DNA from: Eledone cirrhosa
Taxonomy: Eukaryota
Direction: 5' to 3'
Assembly (NCBI GenBank): GCA_964016885.1
Contig: OZ024757.1
Span: 43,214,001-43,278,000 of the forward strand
Length of the DNA: 64,000 nt
Part shown: one piece after another, positions 51,523-62,964 of the stretch
Layout of the letters: every line of letters begins with the position of its first letter
How positions within the stretch are numbered: the first letter of the stretch is position 1
The notes under the pieces: model-generated
Databases searched by the model: none
Told to the model about the DNA's origin: nothing
Seen by the model: only the letters and a program-made list of their open reading frames with translations
Translations under genes and position numbers: made by a program

Positions 51523-52856
51523 CGTGCCCATGCGCCAAGACCGCCAGACCGTACTGCGCACGCGTCGATACGGCCTGATCGTAGTGCGCATGCGCCAAAG
51601 CCGCCTAACCGTAGTGCGCATGCGCCAAGGCCGCCGATACATAGTGCACATGCGCCAAGGCCGTCGGACCATACTGCGCATGCGCCAAGGGCGCCGGACA
51701 GTTGTGCGCATGCACCAAGGCCGCCTGACTTACTGCGCATGCGTCAAGGTCGCAGTACCGAACTGCGCATGCGCTAAGGCCTCCGGACCGTACTGCGCAT
51801 ACGCCAAGGCCACCTGACTGTACTGCGCATGCGTCAAGGTCGCAGTACCGTACTGCGCATGCGCCAAGGCCGCCGGACCGTAGTGCGCATGCGCCAAGGC
51901 CACCTGACTGTACTGCGCATGCATCAAAGTCCCAGTACCGTACTGCACATGCACCAAGACCGCCGGACCGTAGTGCGCATGCGCCAAGGCCGCCGGACCA
52001 TACTGCGCATGCGCCAAGGCCACCTGACTGTACTGCGCATGCGTCAAGGTCGCAGTACTGAACTGCGCATGCGCTAAGGCCGCCGGACCGTAATGTGCAT
52101 GCGCCAAGGCCGCCTGACTGTACTGCGCATGCGTCAAGGTCGCAGTACCGAACTGCGCATGCGTTAAGGCCGGCGGCCTTGGCGCATGCGCACTACGTTC
52201 CGGTGGCCTTGACGCATGCGCAGTACTGTCCAGTGGCCTTGGCGCATGCGCAGTAAGGTCCGGCGGCCTTAGCGCATGCGCAGTACGTTCCGGCGGCCTT
52301 GGCGCATGCGCACTAAGGGCCATCGTTCTTTGCGCATGCGCTCAACGGTCCGGCGGCCTTGGTGCATGCGCACTACGGTCCGGCAGCCTTGGCGCATGCG
52401 CACTACGGTCCGGCGGCTTTGGTGCATGCGCACTACGGTCTAGCAGCATTGGGGCATGCGCACTACAGCCCGGCGGCCTTGGCGCATGCGCAGTACGGCC
52501 CGGCGACCTTGGCGCATGCGCACTACGGTCTGGCGGCCTTGGCGCACGCGCACTACGGTCCGGCGGTCTTGGCGCATGCGCACTACGGTCCAGCGACCTT
52601 GCCGCATGCGCACTACGTTCCGGTGGCCTTGGCACATGCGCAGTACGGTCCGGTGGCTTTGGCGCATGCGCACTACGGTCTGGCAGACTTGGCGCATGCG
52701 CACTACGGTCCGATGGCCTTGGCGCATGCGCACTACGTCCTGGTGGCCTTGGTGCATGCGCAGTACGGTACTGGGACCTTGATGCATGCGCAGTACAGTC
52801 AGGCGGCCTTGGCGCATGCGCACTACGGTCCGGCGGCCTTGGCGCATGCGCAGTAC

Positions 52857-53965
52857 GCCAAGGCCGCCGGGCTGTAGTGCGCATGCCCCAATGCTGCTAG
52901 ACCGTAGTGCGCATGCACCAAAGCCGCCGGACCGTAGTGCGCATGCGCCAAGGCCGCCGGACCGTAGTGCGCATGCACCAAGGCCGCCGGACCGTTGTGC
53001 GCATGCGCAAAGAACGATGGCCCTTAGTGCACATGCGCCAAGGCCGCCGGAACGTACTGCGCATGCGCTAATGTCGCCGGACCTTACTGCGCATGCGCCA
53101 AGGCCACTGGACAGTACTGCGCATGCGTCAAGGCCACCGGTACGTAGTGCGCATGCGCCAAGGCCGCGGTACCGTTGTGCGCATTCGCAAAGACCGCTGG
53201 CCCTTAGTGCGCATGCGCCATGGCCGTCGGACCTTACTGCGCATGCGCTAAGGCCGCCGGACCTTACTGCGCATGCGCCAAGGCCAGTGGACTGTACTGC
53301 GCATGCGCCAAGGCCACTAGGACGTAGTGCGCATGCGCCAAGGCCATCGGACCGTAGTGCGCATGCGCCAAGTCTGCCAGACCGTAGTGCGCATGCGCCA
53401 AAGCCACCGGACCGTACTGCGCATGTGCCAAGGCCACCGGAACGTAGTGAGCATGCGGCAAGGTCGCCGGACCGTAGTGCGCATGCGCCAAGACCGCCGG
53501 ACCGTAGTGCGCGTGCGCCAAGGCCGCCAGACCGTAGTGCGCATGCGCCAAGGTCGCCGGGCCGTACTGCGCATGCGCCAAGGCCGCCGGGCTGTAGTGC
53601 GCATGCCCCAATGCTGCTAGACCGTAGTGCGCATGCACCAAAGCCGCCGGACCGTAGTGCGCATGCGCCAAGGCCGCCGGACCGTAGTGCGCATGCACCA
53701 AGGCCGCCGGACCGTTGTGCGCATGCGCAAAGAACGATGGCCCTTATTGCGCATGCGCCAAGGCCGCCGGAACGTACTGCGCATGCGCTAAGGCCGCCGG
53801 GCCTTACTGCGCATGCGCCAAGGCCACTGGACAGTACTGCGCATGCGCCAAGGCCACCGTAACGTTGTGCGCATGCGCCAAGGCCGCTGGACCGTACTGC
53901 GCATGCGCAAAGGCCACCGGAACGTAGTGCGCATGCGCCAAGGCGGCCGGAACGTAGTGCGCATG
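52857..53965 (-). repeat. Inverted copy of an F-arm segment (about 37.2-38.3 kb or its paralogs)
   Basis: Contains reverse complements of F-arm landmarks: gcattcgcaa (ttgcgaatgc), ggccactaggacg, aggccagtggactg, caccgtaacgttg. Confidence 0.87.
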
Positions 53966-54584
53966 TCGGCATGCGCACAACGGTACGGCGGCCTTGGCGC
54001 ATGCGCACTACGTTCTGGTGGCCTTGACGCATGCGCAGTACTGTCCAGTGGCCTTGGCGCATGCGCAGTAAGGTCCGGCGGCCTTAGCGCATGCGCAGTA
54101 CTTTCCGGCGGCCTTGGCGCATGCGCACTAAGGGCCATCGTTCTTTGCGCATGCGCACAACGGTCCGGCGGCCTTGGTGCATGCGCACTACGGTCCGGCA
54201 GCCTTGGCGCATGCGCACTACGGCCCGGTGGATTTGGTGCATGCGCACTACGGTCTAGCAGCATTGGGGCATGCGCACTACAGCCCAGCTGCCTTGGCGC
54301 ATGCGCAGTACGGCCCGGCGACCTTGGCGCATGCGCACTACGGTCTGGCGGCCTTGGCGCACGCGCACTACGGTCCGGCGGTCTTGGCGCATGCGCACTA
54401 CGGTCCGGCGACCTTGCCGCATGCGCACTACGTTCCGGTGGCCTTGGCACATGCGCAGTACGGTCCGGTGGCTTTGGCGCATGCGCACTACGGTCTGGCA
54501 GACTTGGCGCATGCGCACTACGGTCCGATGGCCTTGGCGCATGCGCACTACGTCCTGGTGGCCTTGGCGCATGCGCAGTACAGT

Positions 54585-54816
54585 CCATATTTAGCCATTT
54601 TGAGTTATTTTAGTAATTTATGATGCAGTTTAACCATTTTAGAGCCATTTATAGTCATTTTAGACGTTTCAGTCGTGTTAGAGTCATTCTAGTCAATTAT
54701 GATACGGTTTTAGCATTTTATTGTCACTTTAGTCATTTATTATGCCGTCTTAGCCATTTTGTTGTAATTTCAGACATACATGATGACATTTCGGCCATGT
54801 TAGTCCTTTTTGATGA
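54585..54816 (+). repeat. AT-rich spacer, 5'-truncated, B-like right end
   Basis: Starts cagtccatatttagcc (the same left junction as the mini-spacer at 1564) and ends gatgacgtgccc, but has ttagccattttg. Confidence 0.94.
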
Positions 54817-57800
54817 CGTGCCCATGCGCCAAGACCGCCAGACCTTACTGCGCACGCGCCGAGACGGCGTGATCGTAGTGCGCATGCGCCAAAGCCGCCT
54901 AACCGTAGTGCGCATGCGCCAAGGCCGCCGATACATAGTGCACATGCGCCAAGGCCGTCGGACTATACTGCGCATGCGCCAAGGGCGCCGGACCGTTGTG
55001 CGCATGCGCCAAGGCCGCCTGACTGTACTGCGCATGCGTCAAGGTCGCATTACCGAACTGCGCATGCGCTAAGGCCGCCGGACCGTACTGCGCATGCGCC
55101 AAGGCCACCTGACTGTACTGCGCATGCGTCAAGGTCGCAGTACCGAACTGCGCATGCGCTAAGGCCGCCGGACCGTACTGCGCATGCGCCAAGGCCGCCT
55201 GACTGTACTGCGCATGCATCAAGGTCCCAGTACCGTACTGCGCATGCACCAAGACCGCCGGACCGTAGTGCGCATGCGCCAGAGCCGCCGAACCGTAGTG
55301 CGCATGCGCCAAGGCCGCCGGACCATACTGCGCATGCGCCAAGACCGCCGGGCCGTAGTGCGCATGCGCCAAAGACGCGGGCCCGTAGTGCGCATGCGCC
55401 AAGGCCACCTGACTGTACTGCGCATGCGTCAAGGTCGCAGTACTGAACTGCGCATGCGCTAAGGCCGCCGGACGGTAATGCGCATGCGCCAAGGCCGCCT
55501 GACTGTACTGCGCATGCGTCAAGGTCGCAGTACCGAACTGCGCATGCGTCAAGTTCCCAGTACCGAACTGCGCATGCGCTAAGGCCGCCGGACCGTACTG
55601 CGCATGCGCCAAGGCCACCGGACCGTAGTGCGCATGCGCCAAGGCCGCCTGACTGTACTGCGCATGCGTCAAGGTCCCAGTACCGAACTGCGCATGCGCT
55701 AAGGCCGCCGGACCGTACTGCGCATGCGCCAAGGCCGCCGGACCGCATTGCGCATGCGCCAGAGCCGCCGAACCGTAGTGCGCATGCGTCAAGGTCGCCG
55801 GACCATACTGCGCATGCGCCAAGCCCGCCGGACCGTAGTGCGCATGGGCCAAAGCCGTCTGACCGTACTGCGCATGCGCCAAGTCCGCTGTACCGTACTG
55901 CGCATGCGACAAGGCCGCAGTACCGTAGTGCGCATGAGCCAAGGCCATATGACCGTAGTGCGCATGCGCCAAGGCCGCCGGACCGTAGTGCGCATGCGCC
56001 AAGGCCGCCGGATCGTAGTGCGCATGCGCCAAAGCCGCTGAACCGTAGTGCGCATGCGCCAAGGCCGCCGATACATAGTGCACATGCGCCAAGGCCGTCG
56101 GTCCATACTGCGCATGCGCCAAGGCCGCCGGACCGTAGTGCGCATGTGCCAAGGCCGCCTGACTGTACTGCGCATGCGTCAAGGTCGCAGTACCGAACTG
56201 CGCATGCGCTAAGGCCGCCGGACCGTACTGCGCATGCGCCAAGGCCACCTGACTGTACTGCGCATGCGTCAAGGTCGCAGTACCGAACTGCGCATGCGCT
56301 AAGGCCGCCGGACCGTACTGCGCATGCGCCAAGGCCGCCAGACCGTAGTGCTCATGCGCCAAGGCCGCCTGACTGTACTGCGCATGCATCAAGGTCCCGG
56401 TACCGTACTGCGCATGCACCAAGACCGCCGGACCGTAGTGCGCATGCGCCAGAGCCGCCGAACCGTAGTGCGCATGCGCCAAGACCGACTGACTGTACTG
56501 CGCATGCGTCAAGGTCCCAGTACCGAACTGCGCATGCGCTAAGGCCGCCGGACCGTACTGCGCATGCGCCAAGGCCGCCGGACCGCAGTGCGCATGCGCC
56601 AGAGCCGCCCAACCGTAGTGCGCCTGCGTCAAGGTCGCCGGATCATACTGCGCATGCGCCAAGCCCGCCGGACCGTAGTGCACATGCGCTAAGGCCGCCG
56701 AACCGTACTGCGCATGCGCCAAAGCAGCTGGACCGTAGTGCGCATGCGCCAAGGCCACGGGACGGTACTGCGCATGCTTCAAGACCGCCGGATCGTACTG
56801 CGCATGCCCCAAGGCCGTCGGACAGTAGTGCGCATGTGCCAAGGCCACCAGACCGTAGTGCGCATGCTCCAAGACCGCCGGATCTTACTGCGCATGCCCC
56901 AAGGCCGTCGGACCGTAGTGCGCATGTGCCAAGGCCGCCAGACCGTAGTGCGCATGCGCCAAGGCCGCCGAACCGTACTGCGCATGCGCCAAGGCCGCCG
57001 GACCATACTGTGCATGCGCCAAGGCCGCCGGACCGTAGTGCGCATGCCCCAAAGACGCCGGACCGTAGTGCGCATGCGCCAAGGCCACCTGACTGTACTG
57101 CGCATGCGTCAAGGTCGCAGTACCGAACTGCGCATGCGCTAAGGCCGCCGGACCGTACTGCGCATGCGCCAAGGCCGCCTGACTGTACTGCGCATGCGTC
57201 AAGGTCGCAGTACCGAACTGCGCATGCGTTAAGGCCGCCGGACCGTACTGCGCATGTGCCAAGGCCGCCATACCGTAGTGCGCATGCGCCAAGGCCGCCG
57301 AACCGTACTGCGCATGCGCCAAGGCCGCCGGACCATACTGTGCATGCGCCAAGGCCGCCGGACCGTAGTGCGCATGCCCCAAAGACGCCGGACCGTAGTG
57401 CGCATGCGCCAAGGCCACCTGACTGTACTGCGCATGCGTCAAGGTCGCAGTACCGAACTGCGCATGCGCTAAGGCCGCCGGACCGTACTGCGCATGTACC
57501 AAGGCCGCCGGACCGTAGTGCGCATGCGCCAAAGCCGCCGAACCGTACTGCGCATGCGCCAAGGCCGCCGGACCGTAGTGCGCATGCGCCAAGACCGACT
57601 GACTGTACTGCGCATGCGTCAAGGTCCCAGTACCGAACTGCGCATGCGCTAAGGCCGCCGGACCGTACTGCGCATGCGCCAAGGCCGCCGGACCGCAGTG
57701 CGCATGCGCCAGAGCCGCCGAACCGTAGTGCGCCTGCGTCAAGGTCGCCGAACCATACTGCGCATGCGCCAAGCCCGCCGGACCGTAGTGCGCATGCGCT

Positions 57801-58128
57801 AAGGCCGCCGAACCGTACTGCGCATGCGCCAAAGCAGCTGGACCGTAGTGCGCATGCGCCAAGGCCACGGGACGGTACTGCGCATGCTCCAAGACCGCCG
57901 GATCGTACTGCGCATGCCCCAAGGCCGTCGGACAGTAGTGCGCATGTGCCAAGGCCGCCAGACCGTAGTGCGCATGCTCCAAGACCGCCGGATCTTACTG
58001 CGCATGCCCCAAGGCCGTCGGACCGTAGTGCGCATGTGCCAAGGCCGCCAGACCGTAGTGCGCATGCGCCAAGGCCGCCGAACCGTACTGCGCATGCGCC
58101 AAGGCCGCCGGACCTTTGTGCGCATGCG
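54817..58128 (-). repeat. Longest R-oriented block (about 3.3 kb) with internal duplications
   Basis: Continuous R monomers. Internal repeats at offset 300 (56941/57241) and 1110 (56714/57824). Confidence 0.88.
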
Positions 58129-60385
58129 GTTCGGCGGCCTTGGCGCATGCGCACTACAGTCAGGCGACCTTCCCGCATGCGCACTACGTTCCGGTCGCCT
58201 TGGCACTTGCGCAGTACGGTCCGGCGGCTTTGGCGCATGCGCACTACGGTCTGGCAGCCTTGGCGCATGCGCACTAAAGCCCGGCGGCCTTGGCGCATGC
58301 GCACTAAAGCCCGGCGGCCTTGGCGCATGCGCAGTACGGCCCGGCGACCTTGGCGCATGCGCACTACGGTCTGGCGGCCTTGGCGCACGCGCACTACAGT
58401 CCGGCGGTCTTGGCGCATGCGCACTACGGTCCGGCGACCTTGCCGCATGCGCACTACGTTCCGGTGGCTTTGGCGCATGCGCACTACGGTCTGGCAGACT
58501 TGGCGCATGCGCACTACGGTCCGATGGCCTTGGCGCATGCGCACTACGTCCTGGTGGCCTTGGCGCATGCGCAGTACAGTCCAGTGGCCTTGGCGCATGC
58601 GCAGTAAGGTCCGGCGGCCTTAGCGCATGCGCAGTAAGGTCCGGCGGCCATGGCGCATGCGCACTAAGGGCCAGCGGTCTTTGCGCATGCGCACTACGGT
58701 CTGGCAGCCTTGGCGCATGCGCACTACGGTCCAGCGGCCTTGGCGCATGCGCACTACGTTCCGGTGGCCTTGGCGCATGCGCAGTACGGTCCAGTGGCCT
58801 TGGCGCATGCGTAGTAAGGTCCGGCAGCCTTGGCGCATGCGCACTAAGGGCCAGCGGTCTTTGCGCATGCGCACAACGGTCCGGCGGCCTTGGCGCATGC
58901 GCACTAAGGTCCGGCGGCTTTGGTGCATGCGCACTACGGTCTGGCATCATTGGCGCATGCGCACTACGGTCCGGCGGCCTTGGCGCATGCGCAGTACGGC
59001 TGGCAACCTTGGCGTATGCGCACTACGGTTTGTCGGCCTTGGCGCATGCTCACTACTGTCCGGCGGCCTTGGCGCATGCGCAGTACGGTCCAGCGGCCTT
59101 GGCGCATGCGCACTACGGTTCGGCGGCCTTGGCGCATGCGCACTACGGTTCGGCGGCCTTGGCGCATGCGTACAACGGTCCGGCGGCCTTGGCGCATGCG
59201 CACTACGGTCTGGCAGCATTGGCGCATGCGCACTAAGGTCCGGCGGCCTTAGCGCATGCGCAGTACGTTCCGGCGGCCTTGGCGCATGCGCACTAAGGGC
59301 CATCGTTCTTTGCGCATGCGCACAACGGTCCGGCGGCCTTGGTGCATGCGCACTATGGTCCGGCGGACTTGGCGCATGCGCACTACGGTCCGGCGGCTTT
59401 GGTGCATGCGCACTACGGTCTAGCAGCATTGGAGCATGCGCACTACAGCCCGGCGGCCTTGGCGCATGCGCAGTACGGCCCGGCGACCTTGGCGCATGCG
59501 CACTACGGTCTGGCGGCCTTGGCGCACGCGCACTACGGTCCGGCGGTCTTGGCGCATGCGCACTACGGTCCGGCGACCTTGCCGCATGCGCACTACGTTC
59601 CGGTGGCCTTGGCACATGCGCAGTATGGGTCCGGTGGCTTTGGCGCATGCGCACTACGGTCTGGCAGGCTTGGCGCATGCGCACTACGGTCCGATGGCCT
59701 TGGCGCATGCGCACTACGTCCTGGTGGCCTTGGCGCATGCGCAGTACAGTCCAGTGGCCTTGGCGCATGCGCAGTGAGGTCCGGCGGCCTTAGCGCATGC
59801 GCAGTAAGGTCCGGCGGCCATGGCGCATGCGCACTAAGGGTACGGCGGCCTTGGCGCATGCACACTACGGCCCGGCGGCCTTGGCGCCTGCGCACTACGG
59901 TCCGGCGGCTTTGGTGCATGCGCACTACGGTCTGGCAGCATTGGCGCATGCGCACTACGGTTTGGCAGACTTGGCGCATGCGCACTACGGTCCGATGGCC
60001 TTGGCGCGTGCGCACTACGTTCTGGTGGCCTTGGCGCATGCACAGTACGGTCCAGTGGCCTTGGCGCATGCGCACAACGGTCCGGCGGCCTTGGCGCATG
60101 CGCACTACGGTCCGGCAGCTTTGGTGAATGCGCACTACGGTCTGGCAGCATTGGCGCATGCGCACTACGGTCCGGCGGCCTTGGCGCATGCGCAGTACGG
60201 CCCGGCGGCCTTGGCGCATGCGCACTACGGTCTGGCGGCCTTGGCGCATGCGCACTACGGTCCGGCGGCCTTGGCGCATGCGCACTACGGTCCGGCGGCG
60301 TTGGCGCATGCGCACTACGGTTCGGAGGCCTTGGCGCATGCGCACTACGGTCCGACGTCCTTGACGCATGTGCAGTACGGTCCGG

Positions 60386-60640
60386 ATGACTTTTTAGCCA
60401 TTTTAAGCCTTTGTGTTGCCATATTTAGCCATTTTAGTAATTTATGATGCAGTTTAACCATTTTAGAGCCATTTATAGTCATTTTAGACGTTTCAGTCGT
60501 GTTAGAGTCATTCTAGTCAATTATGATACGGTTTTAGCATTTTATTGTCACTTTAGTCATTTATTATGCCGTCTTAGCCATTTTGTTGTAATTTCAGACA
60601 TACATGATGACATTTCGGCCATGTTAGTCCTTTTTGATGA
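60386..60640 (+). repeat. AT-rich spacer, B-like, with a 10-bp internal deletion
   Basis: atatttagccattttagtaa in place of atatttagccattttgagttattttagtaa. Confidence 0.94.
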
Positions 60641-62699
60641 CGTGCCCATGCGCCAAGACCGCCAGACCGTACTGCGCACGCGTCGAGACGGCCTGATCGT
60701 AGTGCGCATGCGCCAAAGCCGCCTAACCGTAGTGCGCATGCGCCAAGGCCGCCGATACATAGTGCACATGCGCCAAGGCCGTCGGACCATACTGCGCATG
60801 CGCCAAGGGCGCCGGACAGTTGTGCGCATGCACCAAGGCCGCCTGACTTACTGCGCATGCGTCAAGGTCGCAGTACCGAACTGCGCATGCGCTAAGGCCT
60901 CCGGACCGTACTGCGCATGCGCCAATGCCACCTGACTGTACTGCGCATGCGTCAAGGTCGCAGTACCGAACTGCGCATGCGCTAAGGCCGCCGGACCGTA
61001 CTGCGCATGCGCCAAGGCCGCCGGACCGTAGTGCGCATGCGCCAAGGCCGCCTGACTGTACTGCGCATGCATCAAAGTCTCAGTACCGTACTGCGCATGC
61101 ACCAAGACCGCCGGACCGTAGTGCGCATGCGCCAGAGCCGCCGAACCGTAGTGCACATGCGCCAAGGCCGCCGGACCATACTGCGCATGCGCCAAGGCCG
61201 CCGGGCCGTAGTGCGCATGCGCCAAAGACGCGGGCCCGTAGTGCGCATGCGCCAAGGCCACCTGACTGTACTGCGCATGCGTCAAGGTCGCAGTACTGAA
61301 CTGCGCATGCGCATAGGCCGCCGGACCGTAATGCGCATGCGCCAAGGCCGCCTGAATGTACTGCGCATGCGTCAAGGTCGCAGTACCGAACTGCGCATGC
61401 GTTAAGGCCGCCGGACCGTACTGCGCATGTGCCAAAGCCGCCGGACCGTAGTGCGCATGCGCCAAGGCCGCCGGACCGTAGTGCGCATGCGCCAAGGCCG
61501 CCTGACTGTACTGCGCATGCGTCAAGGTCCCAGTACCGAACTGCGCATGCGCTAAGGCCGCCGGACCGTACTGCGCATGCGCCAAGGCCGCCGGACCGCA
61601 GTGCGCATGCGCCAGAGCCGCCGAACCGTAGTGCGCATGCGTCAAGGTCGCTTGACCATACTGCGCATGCGCCAAGCCCGCCGGACCGTAGTGCGCATGG
61701 GCCAAAGCCGCCTGACCGTACTGCGCATGCGCCAAGTCCGCAGTACCGTACTGCGCATGCGACAGGGCCGCAGTACCGTAGTGCGCATGCGCCAAGGCCA
61801 TATGACCGTAGTGCGCATGTGCCAAGGCCGCCGGACCGTAGTGCGCATGCGCCAAGGCCGCCGGATCGTAGTGCGCATGCGCCAAAGCCGCCGAACCGTA
61901 GTGCGCATGCGCCAAGGCCGCCGATACATAGTGCACATGCGCCAAGGCCGTCGGACCATACTGCGCATGCGCCAAGGCCGCCGGACCGTAGTGCGCATGT
62001 GCCAAGGCCGCCTGACTGTACTGCGCATGCGTCAAGGTCGCAGTACCGAACTGCGCATGCGCTAAGGCCGCCGGACCGTACTGCGCATGCGCCAAGGCCG
62101 CCGGACCGTAGTGCGCATGCGCCAAGGCCACTGGACTGTAGTGCTCATGCCCCAAGGCCACTGGACAGTACTGCGCATGCGTCAAGGCCACCGGAACGTA
62201 GTGCGCATGCGCCAAGGCCGCCGTACCGTTGTGCTTTGCGCATGCGCACAATGGTACGGCGGCCTTGGCGCATGCGCACTACGTTCCGTTGGCCTTGACG
62301 CATGCGCAGTACTGTCCAGTGGCCTTGGCGCATGCGCAGTACGGTCCGGCGGCCTTAGCGCATGCGCAGTTCGGTACTGCGACCTTGACGCATGCGCAGT
62401 ACAGTCAGGTGGCCTTGGCGCATGCGCAGTACGGTCCGGAGGCCTTAGCGCATGCGCAGTTCGGTACTGCGACCTTGACGCATGCGCAGTAAGTCAGGCG
62501 GCCTTGGTGCATGCGCACAACTGTCCGGCGCCCTTGGCGCATGCGCAGTATGGTCCGACGGCCTTGGCGCATGTGCACTATGTATCGGCGGCCTTGGCGC
62601 ATGCGCACTACGGTTAGGCGGCTTTGGCGCATGCGCACTACGATCAGGCCGTATCGACGCGTGCGCAGTACGGTCTGGCGGTCTTGGCGCATGGGCACG

Positions 62700-62964
62700 T
62701 CATCAAAAAGGACTAACATGGCCGAAATGTCATCATGTATGTCTGAAATTACAACAAAGTGGCTAAGACGGCATAATAAATGACTAAAGTGACAATAAAA
62801 TGCTAAAACCGTATCATAATTGACTAGAATGACTCTAACACGACTGAAACGTCTAAAATGACTATAAATGGCTCTAAAATGGTTAAACTGCATCATAAAT
62901 TACTAAAATAACTCAAAATGGCTAAATATGGCAACACAAAGGCTTAAAATGGCTAAAAAGTCAT
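62700..62964 (-). repeat. AT-rich spacer, haplotype B, inverted
   Basis: tcatcaaaaaggactaac...ggctaaaaagtcat is the reverse complement of the B spacer. Still has F on the left and R on the right. Confidence 0.95.
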
